64,000 nt of DNA, taken from NCBI RefSeq assembly GCF_011386835.1, contig NC_088791.1:281542001-281606000 (forward strand). Direction: 5' to 3'. The first letter of the stretch is position 1. Each line of letters opens with the position of its first letter. Origin of the DNA: Chrysemys picta bellii (Eukaryota). The notes under the pieces were generated by a model. That model had not been told where the DNA came from, made no database searches, and saw only the letters and a list, made by a program, of their open reading frames with translations. This document shows, piece after piece, positions 1-12,761 of this stretch. The position numbers and the translations under genes are program-made.

Positions 1-944
1 TCGCTGGATAATGCCATTATTCTAGAGAAGCATTTTTTTAGTAGGATCCCTGCAGCTTTGTCTAGAATTAATATTCCCATTTGCTTCTTGTCTCAACAAA
101 TACTCTTCATACAAAGTGAAGCATCTAATGTGCTCAGATTACCTAGACAACATGATAAAATGAAATTTGGATTAATAAAGGAGAAAGATATATATTCATA
201 GTAGTCATTTTGTAAAGATAATAAAAATACTGGAAGGTCAATGATGTCGCCTATCATGAAATAAATTGTGTTCACATTGTTTCCAGTAGACCCAGTTTAA
301 TTCAAAAATGTTTAAAAATTTGTTTTTGTATTACAGATTAAAATAACCAATTCACTGTTTAAATGGCCTAGGTAGCACAACATGCATAGTTTTTCACTGC
401 AGATAACTACAGGATAATAACACCAATATTAAAGAAAAATAGTGCTTGGTGGATTTTTGTTTGGTTAATTCTGTGTTGTCTGTGGGTGCAGTATTTTCAT
501 GCACAGATTCTCTTAATGGAACAGTATAACAGTATTCATTGTCACACATATATAGTGCTTTAGATGGGAGGGAGACCTTGAGTGGGAAAAGGAACTATTA
601 GTTTTGAAATCTAAAACTGCAAGTTATGAGAAGCGGAGTTGTTGTGCTTGATTCTTGTTTACATGAAGGCCAATTTACACCACTTAGGTAACATAAAGGA
701 GCATAAAATTAGATGTACATTATATTTACACTCATATGAAGACCTATTTACATTCTCAGAGCTATGCTGAATGTCCTTAGTATAAATGAGGCCCGTCAAA
801 TATAGATAGTAAATAGTGATATATAATCTAATATTATTAGGTAGCTAGTGTCCAACATAATGAAAATAAAAATAATACACTAAATAAAAAAGAAGTATTT
901 CACACATAGTTTTTGAAGTATTTTATGAAGAAAGGTAAGTCTCA

Positions 945-1036
945 ATATCCCCATTTTACAAATGGGGAAACTGAGGCACAGTGCAGTGAGTGGCACAACG
1001 TCACAAAGCAGGTCACTTTCAGAGCCAGGACTAGAA
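945..1036 (+). mobile_element. MIR/CORE-SINE relic
   Basis: CCCCATTTTACAAATGGGGAAACTGAGGCACAG...AGAGCCAGGACTAGAA resembles the MIR core. Confidence 0.7.
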
Positions 1037-2934
1037 TATAGCTTTTTATTAATATGCGGAATGATGCACAATAGGTGCAATGAGCATTATGTAGAATAAT
1101 TAATTGAATGAGGTGTACAATTGATGTTTTCATGAGGGAAAACTTAGCAAGGTGAGGGATGAGCATGCCAGCACTGGCAATTGCATCAGCAATTTTTTGC
1201 ATAGCACTGTCAGGGACTACTATTCTAGAGACAAAGCTGTTTGATTAATCAAATCAATTTTCCACTGTAACAATGCAGAGAGGTTATGTCTGCCGGCAAT
1301 CTAATTTGAAATCAAATGTTTATGGATTAATGAACACAAGACAATTGCTTCCAAGCTTCTTTTCAAACAAAAGATCTTAGGTCCTTAGAAATGTGGATAA
1401 GTAGAGAATCATTAGCCAGGGCTGGCAGTATAAATAGACCTCAGTCCCCAAACAAACTTTCTTTACAACCAAAAAAAAAAAAGTCCTTGGGTTGTTATTT
1501 ATTTGGTTAAACCGTAGGGTGGCATAAATAAGGGTAACTCCATGTATTTCAGTGAATTGGGTCCCTCAAGTTTAAAGGAAATAGGAAACGAATACATGGT
1601 GTAACATTATAATTCAATAACATTGAGTTCCATGGAACTATGCCTTTTTACATCAATGGAGGATGTAAATCATAATCTCCTTCCAAAAAAGAAATCCAGG
1701 CCATGTTTTGGAATGACCCTTTTGCTAATATCTATTGGAAAATTCAGCCTCCCTTTTGTACTCTTACGTGAGGTTATTCATGACATTATCTTTAAATTCC
1801 CCAACCAATTGACTTATTATAAAAGGAAACATGTAATCCACTTGAGCATAAAAGAAACTTCTTCTGCTTTTATAAGAAACAACTCTGAATTAATTCAGGT
1901 ACCATTTTGTGTTCCCTTTGGTCCCTTTCTTCCCTAAGAAGACTATTTGCTTTGGTTTGATACTAAATTGGTGGTATCTAAATGCTCCCCATTGAGTTAA
2001 TTTTGCATATTGGAAAAAGAAATCTTTGCTCTGATGTTTTATGTCATCCCCATGGTGCCATAGACAAATAAGAAGCATATAGCTCTTATTGAGTCAAGAG
2101 AATAGTACAACTTCTCTGAAGAAAATTGGCTGGCTTTCACTCACTACATAAAAAATGGTCAGTTAAACACAGAAGCAGCTGGAAGTGAAAATCCTCCTGT
2201 TGTCAAAGGTGAAAATTAAACTTCTTCCTGCCTTGACTTGCTCCTTCTCTCTCTAAGATTATTTTATCTTTATACTGTAATGTTTATACAACTGGTTAAG
2301 GCGAGCCTGCTAACGTGAGCTGCTTGGACTCAGTTTTACAAGTTTTCTTCACTTTGGGTAGCACTTGCTTGATGAGTAGTTTCATTGATTTCCACGCAAA
2401 ATGTACCTGAGTCTTTGAGTTTAAATTTTAAGTTTTCAAAAGTGTTCCGCACTGGCCTATGTTTGCTTCCATTGAAGTCAGTGACTCAACTATTGACTAC
2501 TGACTCCAGTGACAGCAGAGAGGCCAGTGCTGAGTGCTTTGGAAAATCCCTTCCAATGACTCCTGTGAGATGACTCATGTGAGTAAGTGTCACTCAGTAT
2601 AAGGGTCACTGAATCAAGTTCTATGGGTTTTGTGAAGGACTTTATCTAAAAGTAAATGAGAATAAATGAGAACATTTTAAATGGACACTTTAGTGGGGGA
2701 AGAAATAGTTGAGAAAAATTAGACAGAAAACATTATGTTTAAAATCTGTTCAACAGGTACTGCAACCTAAAATGTTGTCTGCAACTATGTAAAATATTGT
2801 TTTACAGTTTAAGTGATATGTTGCATTGGGACAAAGCTTCTTGCATTGCATTGCATTAAGCAACATTGTCTGCACATCTCAAGCAATTGTTCTTATCTTA
2901 GAACATTTCACTGACTCTATCTCAAATTATTTTC

Positions 2935-3197
2935 AGTGGTGGTGTAGCTGTGGGTTGGTCCCAGGATATTAGAGAGACAAGGTGGGTGAAGTAATATCTT
3001 TTATTGGGCAAACTTCTGCTGGTGAAAGAGACAAGCTTTTGACCTACACAGAGCTCCTCTTCAGATCTTCGAGCTACATTCAGCTCTTCTGGGAAGATCT
3101 GAAGGGGAGCTCTGTGTAGCTCGAAAGCTTGTCTCTTTCACCAACAGAAGCTGGTCCAATAAACATATTACCTCATCCATCTTGTTTCTCTGTATCT
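2935..3197. mobile_element. Penelope-derived fold-back element with degenerate hammerhead ribozyme motifs on both strands
   Basis: Inverted arms (AATATCTTTTATTGG...GAAAGAGACAAGCTTT vs AAAGCTTGTCTCTTTC...CCAATAAACATATT). + core CTGAAGG-G-GAGCT-ctgtgt-AGCTC-GAAA-GCTT at 3099-3130; mirror copy on - strand at about 3028-3068. Confidence 0.75.
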
Positions 3198-3230
3198 CAC
3201 ATTGTTTTTACTGCTTCTTTATAATTTCAG

Positions 3231-3259
3231 AAGTTATAACAAATAATATCCATGGCAAG
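3231..3259 (+). CDS. Candidate first coding exon (5'UTR plus ATG GCA AG, M-A-R) of the + strand microprotein gene
   Basis: Long polypyrimidine acceptor (ttgtttttactgcttctttataatttcAG), donor AAG|GTGAAT, ATG at 3252 preceded by an in-frame TAA. Ends in phase 2, compatible with the exon at 12255. Confidence 0.35.
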
Positions 3260-3321
3260 GTGAATAGGATGATATAACAATTGTCTCACAACACTATGCA
3301 TATATAGAGTAGTGTATAAGA

Positions 3322-3522
3322 TGGAGCTAGGCTGTTCTCAGTGGTGGCAGATGACAGAACAAGGAGCAATGATCTGAAGTTGCAGTGGGGGAGGTCTAGG
3401 TTGGATATTAGGAAAAAATACAAGGCCCTGGCTGGAATGATTTAGTTGGGGTTGGTCCTGCTTTGAGCAGGGGATTGGACTAGATGACCCCCTGAGGTCT
3501 CTTTTATGATTCTATCACTATG
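3322..3522 (+). mobile_element. CR1 LINE 3' fragment with internal deletion
   Basis: Near-identical to the ends of the CR1 copies at 50460-50767 and 54985-55275, but jumps from GATATTAGGAAAAA to CAAGGCCCTGGCTGG. Confidence 0.9.
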
Positions 3523-4371
3523 AGACATGTAGGGAGCTTTGCATCAGGAGAGTGAGACAAAGTTATTCTACTGCACCAGGAAATATGGCTTTGTACAACT
3601 TGCCCAGAGAACATCAACATATAGGCAATATATGAATGTGTTACCACAGAGTTCGGAGTCTCTTTCAATACATTTAAGAAGACCAGCTTTCTTCTCTTTT
3701 GAGAAATCCCAAACTACTTTTCATCTTTATAATACAAAAATTGGCTAGAGGTCCTCAGCTGGTGAAAATTGTCATAGCTCACTAAAGTGTTTGGTGCTAT
3801 GCTGATTTACATCAGAGGAGGATCTCTTCTTATGAGCTTTGGAAAAATGTAATTTTGTGGGATTAAAAGAAGGGTGCAGACCATTTTATGGCAATGAACT
3901 ATGATATGGGCACTGTTCCACTTCCACTGAAGTTACTGGAAAAATTTCTGCTGGAGTCTTTGGATCAGATCCTAAGAGATAACAGTTTGCAATTGCTTAG
4001 GAATGTCATTAGATCAAAGGGAGATAAAAGACAAAGGGCATAACAAGTTGTGAACTTTCAACCTCTGACTGAAACAGCTTACAATATAAATTAGAAATAA
4101 AAGAGCAAGGGAGTCAGTGGATGTGATATGGAAGGATGAGGATTGTAATAGTGAGAGAGCATGCAATATGTTCATAGTCATGTCTGAATCTCATTTGCTA
4201 CTGTTAGGTTTTATTATTATTATTTTATTTATTTATTTTATTTTTAGTATTTTCTTTTTGATATAATATGGTAAAATTTGGGGGCAGTGTGTGGAGGAGT
4301 TCAGGAAAGGAGCCAAATGGAACTTTCCTATCATACTACAATGGCAGATCTTTCCAAACCTTCACTCTTAA

Positions 4372-4657
4372 AAGCTCTGTCTACATTAATCCTGGAAATG
4401 CACTTGTCAGAAATGTGTTTCAAGACAGTGCATGGTGCTAACATTTCCCCAGTGTAGCTAGGGCTTTGGCATCCGTGTGATTTTTTTTTAAAATTGTGCT
4501 AGACTAGAGAGATCATTATCAAGAGCACAGATTTGTAGACTGGTTTACAATGATTATACCATGGCTTAGCCTTGTCTACACTGATGAGAGAAACTATCCT
4601 AGCACCTCATATTTGAATATGGCATTGGCTATCATAAGCTGCAGTGTAGACTGGGGT
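4372..4657. mobile_element. Two degenerate PIF/Harbinger-like MITEs (GTCTACA...TGTAG termini)
   Basis: CTCTGTCTACATT...AGTGTAGCTAGGG (about 4372-4465) and CCTTGTCTACACT...AGTGTAGACTGGG (about 4569-4657). Confidence 0.5.
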
Positions 4658-5799
4658 GATCTGTTCAGAAGGACCCACATTACTTATCTGCACTTAAATA
4701 CTTCTGCTAGAATCAGCACTGGATAGAAGTTTGTCTTTTGCCTGCCATCTCTGTTCTGGTGAGCAGCATTTCTCAGTTGGATACAAACTCTCTAAATATA
4801 TTTAGAAATGTATTATTTTTATACTCCCATTACCACAAGAGGCATCCTGCTGTTTTATACAGTGTTTTGAATATGCCAGCCTTATGTTGCTGGTTTCCAC
4901 AATGGCACTTTTTTATATGTGCTAAAATATGGCCACCTCATGTTAAGCTTCAAATATAATCCTTGAAACTGGTCATAAATAACGTTTACAGTGTTCTTAT
5001 CAGTAATGAATGTGTTAAGTATGGTTTAGGTTTGAATGGAGTAACATCAGATTTAAGTATAATTCTACATTGCAGAATTTTGTGCAGGTTAACCTCTGTG
5101 CACATTACAGAATAAAATAAACTAGCTCAGTGATCTAGAAATGGTGTACACTGTGCCCATGGGTGAATGAGATTGATTCTTGCAACAGTCTGCTAACAAA
5201 CTTGTTTAGTGTGTGAAGTGCATGTAGATCATGTAATCAGATTCATGGCTGCTGTTCTTATTTAGGGCACAAGGTGTTGCAGATTTCTAGAGAATAATAA
5301 AATACAATCTTAATTTAAAATATAAAAAAAGAGAAACCATACATAGGAGCTAAAATAAATCAATTTCAGACACCTAAGATATCAGAGGAACAATGCTTTT
5401 TAGTTTTCCTGTATTTTGATCATTACTGTTTAGTTATTTTGAGGTTGATTTACTTATTTATTTTTGTTTATTTCAGAATTAAAATTCTAATGAGCTCTCA
5501 TATGTGGAAGGGAAAGTTTTTACCTAATTAAAAAATGCTGTTAAACATGTCACTGAATGTGGACCTTAGTGCAGTTAATTAGCAAACAAGCTTTTATTGC
5601 AGAGTTCACTAGATGATCAATCATAGATTTTTAGATAGTTGGATTCAGCTGTTAACTCTCCCGTCACTGGAATAAAACCAAGCTTTACAAGTTTTAATTC
5701 ATCAAGCCAATCAAAGAAAATAAACAGTGTTCTCTGATATGTGTATTTTTAAAAAGGGTGAATTGACTTCAGACCAAATGAGACGGGAATAGAAATACT

Positions 5800-5858
5800 C
5801 TGTGTGTGTGTGTGTGTATGTGTGTGTGTGAGAGAGAGAGAGACAGACAGACAGACAG
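5800..5858. repeat. Compound microsatellite (TG)n(AG)n(ACAG)n
   Basis: Directly visible. Confidence 0.9.
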
Positions 5859-8225
5859 GAACAGTACCATTTATGAAGAATCTCATATTTAACTAGAACA
5901 ACCCTGAAAGGGAATGCTCTCGGTAATCGCTCTTTAACAGATTCAGGTGGAAGAATGCCAAGTTTTTTTTGTTACACAATAAGTGCAATCATGTGATAGA
6001 GTTTCCAGTTGGGAGTTGAAAACTGAAAACCTGACATGCATAAGTGAATGAAGCTGCCCTATGTGATGTGTTGATTTAGTATTTTTCCTCCTTAAAAATA
6101 CAGCTGGAGTTCTGCCTTTGTCTGGGAACTGAACAGACAAGGCTATGTGAGACGCAAAATTAATTTCGCATTGACGTTCTGGATGTTGGTGATAATTTGT
6201 ACTGACATTGTGGCTATTGGTTATTATTGTGACAAGCAGGCTTGATCCAAGTGGACATTGTAAGAGCCAAATTTAATAGACTTATCATTATAATTTTCTG
6301 CCTTGAGGACAACAGAGACTTTCCAATGTCCCTTTACCACAACAATCATGGATTACAATATAACAAGTCCACAGGATTGGGGGAGGATTGAGGGGATTAA
6401 TGGTGTATGACAAAATTGCACCTAAGGGGGAAAAGTCTGTAGCAGTTTCTCTATGGTGATGTGGTAGACCAGGCAAATTGGCAATTGCTACTGATCTTTA
6501 CACATGCATGTCTTCAAATAAAGTGTGTGAAAGTCAAGCGGAATGCAACTATGTGGCTAAGGCTGTCACAATCATTTATGTCATCAAATGCACAAATCAC
6601 TTAATACTATCGTTTTAAGTATTTCAGTGATCAACTACATTAAGCATCAGTAGATTGTAGGCATTGCACTAAATCATTTTATGCTCTGTTATAACCTCTT
6701 ATCCTGCTAAACTAAATCCTAAAAAAGATTAAAAATGTAGGGTTAGGCCAAGTCTCTTTAAGAATAATTAAGGAATATAATTCCTGTTCAGTAGGAGTGT
6801 TCTAGCCTCAGAATGTTAGAAACACTGATATTAAAATAGGTTTGTTATCTGCATTTATTTGCTGACATGCTTTTAAATAAGACCCCAGTTCCCCATCCCT
6901 TTAAAAATGTCCATCTCACAGCAGAATATATTTTAGCCCTACTTCTCATGGAATATGAGTATATTAGTAACAATATTGGCATAAGCAGGGATTGCCAGTA
7001 TTGGGTCTGGTTCTCCTCTCACACGGTTGTAAAACAGGAGTCAGTCTATTGACTGCAATGCAGTTACACCTGGGTGAAAACAGAGACTAGGAGTATGACA
7101 CTTGTTCTGGTTTGTGACAGGAAATCCTGACTCTTCATTTCAAGCATATTTAGATAATTAGAACTAGATGCTTTTCTCTTTTCACTGGTGAAAATTTGGA
7201 GTAATTTCTTAGACTTCAGTGGCGTGGTTTTAGATTTATGTTGGTGTAAATGCTGGCAGAACCTGGCCCTAGAACATCCTTCTTCCATGGAAATTACTGT
7301 GAGCGCTTCATTATTAATTTAAAAAAACAACAAAACAAGTGGTTAAATGTTGATCTAGCAAGAACTATACAAGAGGGACAAAATTAGCGAAAGAAGAAAA
7401 ATCACAAACATTTATCAGTGGCTGAGGTCATAGCTCATGTGTTTTGAATCATTTAGGAAGTGCTTTTGCAGCAGTGCTGACTGAAGGTCATGTTGCTATT
7501 TAGGCTTTTTGCTAGTAGGCCAGCAGGCAATTCATTAATTCCATTAGCCATCCACTCCGCGGGCTGAGACGTGCAGATGTAATTGTCAACAATTCCTACA
7601 GTATATTTAAGCTGTCAAGGCTTCTGTTATCCTGTTTGGCGATATCAGTAGAGGCAGGGAGGGTTATTTCATGTCGTTTAAAAGCAGAAATAAAGAGAAC
7701 TTTGTACTACAGAATCTATCCTAAAAGATTTCAACTTCACTGTTAACTTAAAGTGACATTCCAGCACAGAAACGCTGAGTAGATTTCTAACTGGCAAAGT
7801 TTCTGATTTTTTTTTTTAAATGAGTCTCGAAGCCATTACAGTGTTCTCTCTAAACCCAAACCTGTATTCTTTCTAATAGCCAGATGGACGAGTTCTCTTC
7901 TCGTTCCCAATGGCACAGTGATCTATACAGTTGCCCCAATCCTGCACACTGCTCAATGTGGGTAGATTCTAGTGCAGAGTACAGCTGAAGCCAGTGGTGC
8001 TCTGTGCAGGTTTCCTCCCGTATGGATCCAATTGCCCGATTGGGGCCTATATTTTTTTATACCAACATTTCGCCCTAAAATTTCTGGTCAATAAGTGAGA
8101 AGAAAAAGTGACAAATGACAAACATGTTTAGTATATATTCTTAATATTAACTGGTTGTTAGTTGCTTTGATGGCTTTTGTGTCTGAGTGATGGTCAGAGC
8201 CAGATGTTTAGAAATGAGAGGCAAG

Positions 8226-8445
8226 CAGGGCCGGCTCCAGGGTTTTGGCCGCCTCAAGCATCCACAAAAAAAAAAAAAAGCCGCGATCGTGATCTGCGGC
8301 AGCAATTCGGCAGAAGGTCCTTCGCTCCTAGCGGGAGTGAGGGACCGTCCGCTGAATTGCTGCCGAATAGCTGGACCTGCAGCCCCTGTCCGGAGTGGCT
8401 GCCCCAAGCACCAGCTTGCCAAGCTGGTGCGTGGAGCCGGCCCTG
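8226..8445. mobile_element. Non-autonomous hAT DNA transposon (MITE)
   Basis: TIR CAGGGCCGGCTCC / GGAGCCGGCCCTG; 8-bp TSD GAGGCAAG / GAGGTAAG. Confidence 0.9.
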
Positions 8446-11400
8446 GAGGTAAGGAGATATTTCTGATTTATGAGCCCAGTCAAAAGTAGATTTTATCTGC
8501 ATGTGTGTGTCTGCCCTCCAAGCGAGGCACTGTTACCAAACAGTGCCCTGCAGAGAAAAGTTTATTTTCTCACGTAGAAGAGACCATTACCTTGAAAAGA
8601 TTGCAAGACTGCTTGGAGTGAAATGCCTCATATTTAACTGTGATGCGTGAGTCCTGGAGAGGTACACAAGAATTTAACTTGCTCTTCTGCTCTAGTAGCC
8701 TACATAAAAATAGCCTGCTCTCTCTTTAGATCTTAATATACCATAAAGCCTTAGTGGCATTTAAAAATCTTTAACTTTCAGTTAATATACATTTCAGCAT
8801 GTTGCTTTTATTTTAACAATAATGAATATAAAGCTGTGCTGTCCTTTGCCATGCTTTGAGCTGTTCAGATAACGCACCGCAGGGTTGTTAGGCATGACTC
8901 AAATAGGCCCACTGTGCGCTATTTGAATGGAAAGTACTTCTTTTCATTCATCATTGCTTAACTAGTTTTCTGGTTATGTGTTTCCTAAACTTTCTGAATG
9001 ACACCCCTATGCCCACAATTCCTAATTTGTTTAAGGTCAGTGCCAAATGCTTGACACTCTGTTAAAGCTTTTATTCCTTAAACTCTGTTTGTAAAATGGT
9101 CAGGTTGCTGCTCATTTTCTGATCTTGCAATAGAAAATGCATTTCACGTATTTCTGCAGAAATACTTTGTCACTGTGTAATAGATGATTATTCTCTGAAA
9201 GATGAAAAAATGTGGCAGAGTCTGTCTGGGAAAAGGTTCCCCCTATTGTGTGATATAATGTATGAGTAATCATAAATGTAAAACACTTGATGTGACAATT
9301 TCCTATATAATTATTATTCAGTAGTTAGTAGGCACAGTATACTATATTACTCCTGTTATATATTTATATGGTGGACGCTATGTATTCATAATATGGTTTA
9401 ACATGTTGTATGCGTAGTATCTACCCATCTGAGGGATATTCTTCCCCCAGGCTGACAATTGAAAACTGGCAGTGTTCTTTTCTTTTCTTATGAGCCACTA
9501 CAGGGTAGAAAAAATTTAAGGATAGCAGTGTATTTACTTCTTCTTTACAATTCCGATTGTTGAATCTCTCTCTCTCTCTATATATATATATGCAAGAAAT
9601 AGCTGAAAAAATCAGGTAAAATGTTTCCATGTTTTAAAGTAGTAGTAGATGCCATTGCTATGTATTTATTACAGGCATAGTTTAGAAGAGAAGAAGATGC
9701 TGTCAATGATTCTGGAATATTTTCTTCACTGTAGTGGCCACTGAGTTGAATGGGAATTCACTGATGTGTATAGTAATGCATCTTGCAATTTATCATTTCT
9801 AATCAGTGTTGGGCAGTGAAAACCAACAAACTGTCCCTTACAAAATGGACCTTTGTGCACTCTGATTTGATTTAAGAATTGATTTCATAAAAGAAGGTAT
9901 TCAAATAGTTGTACATTTAAAATGTATTAAGTTCCATTTTTCTTTTGCTATATTTTGTAAAATATTTTCAAATGTAAACAGTATGCCTCTCACACATGTC
10001 AAATCAAAGTCCTACTATTTATTCAAAAATATATTTACCTAATGTAATTGGAAGCTTATTGCACTCTCATAAATGTATATATTGTGACTTCAAAAGTATG
10101 TACTGAACTTTTGCTTAAACTACTAGTATGTGGATTTCTTTCAAATTTATTTTTAATTAATGATATTAAGGATAAGGTCCTTTACTATATGTACTTTAAA
10201 ATTCACAATAAAGTTTCAGAATTTGTTTTATACAATGCTGAGGTTTTGTGTTGAATTTTATTATGGAAATCTACTTGCATTGATACCTTGGTAAGATCCA
10301 TTCCTCGAGCTGCGTGTGTAAATCTGCTTCACATCATAATGATTTAAATCGGGTCTGTCATATGAGAAATGGCCATATCTCCATTCAGTGAAGAGCAGTC
10401 TTCTTTTAAATAGAGAAAGCTGCTCTGCTGAAGAAAGGAACTACTGACACCTATGTAATCTATGCTTGAGAAGGCAAAAGCCAAGAATTCGTAGTATTTC
10501 AGTGTACTGGGCTCAGTGATGAGGAAATATACAATAACTGGTGGGTCTGTTCTAGCCAGAAAAAGGTACAGAAGAAACTAGGTGGGCTAAAGGAATAAAC
10601 ATGGAGGAAAACATTTAGGTACATTGGGCATATACTAATGAGTATATTAATTTAAAAATTCTAAATCACCATTTTATAACTTTCTATGAATGGAAAAAAT
10701 CATTCACAGATTTACAGTGTTCAAATACACTGTTCACTCGGTTTTATAGCCTTTCATTTTTACTCTTTACCTAGCCATTGTTTTTAATGCTCTTTTATTA
10801 GTTACTTAGTAGTTACTTAGGCAAAGCTTTCGTTGACAATCTGTGAGGATTTCTCCTGCGTAAAACTGTTTTGGATCAGCCTCTTAAAAGCTCCTAATTT
10901 TTTCACTTCTTTTCTCTATACCCTTTTTAAAAAATGACATTGTTTTGCTTATAAAACCTCTCAGTAGTTTTTTTCTTGACAAAATATCATCACCCATTTA
11001 TAAACATCATCAACTGATTGGGACAGCTATGCTCAGGAATATAAGTTTTTTTATTTCAGCTAACTGCTGTGGCAGAGCTAGCCAAGAGCACAACATGTTA
11101 TATTTTTTCCCTGGGAAACACAAAAAATTAGGGACATTAAAAAAAATTATTGACAACACATTCTTAGGGCCTGAGACTTCTCCCATTAAAGTCCACAGTA
11201 GTTTTGCCATTCATTGTAGTGGGACTGGGATCAGGTCCTTAGATTTTATAGATGGAATTTTCAAAAACACTCAGTGTCAGCCTAACAGTGCTCCCATGGA
11301 TGTCAGTTTGAAAACTCCAATTGATTTCAGTGGGAGCAGAGTTAGGTGAATGCTGAGCAGTTCCCCCTATACGGAGATATATATCCCTTTACAGTGCAGT

Positions 11401-11976
11401 TATTCACATTTAAATTTTTAAAATCTAGGAACATGCCCATTTCAGTATTTCTTTCAGAAATCCAAATATATTTTCTAAACTCTGGTTCAGCCAACTGTTG
11501 GCTAATTCAAATGGAGATTTTGTAATAAGAACCTGGCAGAGTTATTATGTAATTGAAGGGTCAAATTCTGCCATCCTTTGTTTCCTATATGTATGGTTCC
11601 CAGTAAAATCCAGGTCAACACTGGATCCCAATGTAGAAAACACTTTGGCCAAGTCACTACTGACAAACAACTTTAATAGAGTTACACCAGTGGAGAATTT
11701 GGCCCCCTCTCTTTTTTTATAGCGTGATTCCTTTAAAAAATGTGAAAAAGAAAGTTGAATTGTCATTTGAAAAGCTGAATTTTAAATTCATGCTCTTAAA
11801 ACACCTTCAGGTCATTGCAGAGATACCTAGTATCTCCATGCTTTGCTGTTTCTGCAACATTTAGTATTATTTGCATAATTAAAGCTATGCTATGGACAGC
11901 CTCTCTCAACATGCTCAGCTGAATTAAAACCCTGACACTCCAACCAAGAGAGAAGCAAACATTTTTCATCCCTAAA

Positions 11977-12032
11977 ATGGAAAAGGATATTGAAGTAGTC
12001 TCATTCGAGGAAACACTCAGGACCAACAGGAG
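11977..12032 (+). CDS. Candidate microprotein coding exon A: MEKDIEVVSFEETLRTNR(R)
   Basis: Strong Kozak aaaATGG, upstream in-frame TGA at 11920-11922, donor AG|GTAGGC, phase 2 end matches the next exon. Confidence 0.55.
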
Positions 12033-12254
12033 GTAGGCTGGATTGTCTGTATCTTGCAAGTATAGCCAGGGTCAAGGAATAACACCGGTGCTATTCTATA
12101 GCATAAATAAAGATGATTATTCATACTTTTCAAGAATTAATGTCATACCATAGTCTATTGCCCATTTTCATGCTACCCATCATCAGTTCTGTCTGTCTTA
12201 TTTCCATGTCATTCATACTGTGATTGTCTTTTGATGAATGTCCTTCTGTTGCAG

Positions 12255-12334
12255 GCTGTTACTGGTGTTCACATTCCCTCTCCTCCTTTTTGCCATATAC
12301 TCTAATATCTTATATTTTAATACAAGTGACAATG
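12255..12334 (+). CDS. Candidate microprotein coding exon B, hydrophobic/TM segment: LLLVFTFPLLLFAIYSNILYFNTSDN
   Basis: Acceptor tccttctgttgcAG, donor ATG|GTAAAT, 80 nt in phase 2 to 1, open frame encoding a hydrophobic helix. Confidence 0.6.
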
Positions 12335-12761
12335 GTAAATGATTTGTGTAATTTAGATCCAGATCTCATAGTCTCGACTCAAGTTGGTGGGCACTTCTAG
12401 ATCTTACGAATGGTCCTGTTGATTTCAATATCATACAGTGCTCCTGTGAGTTAGTGCTCAATAACATGTGAAATGTTGTGTGATTTGGCTCTTAATATAT
12501 TGGTTCACCTATGCAGAATTTGCACTTGGTAAAGGTTACATTGCCCTTTGTTCATCATTATTCATGCTGTTAGGGGCAGAAAGAATTAAACCTGCTGTCC
12601 CTGAGCAATGGGCCCAATTTTGATAATAAAATATCAGTTTTACAATACTGTAACTTGATAGGTATAATTTCTCCTTCTATCCACATGTGTGAGATCAGAA
12701 TCAGAGCTTGGTACTGTCCTCATACAAACCAGAGTGCAGGCTCAAGATCCAATTTTTCAAG

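Noticed and set aside
10500-10560. GTGATGA C-box-like motif suggesting a snoRNA
   Set aside because: No properly spaced D box or terminal stem
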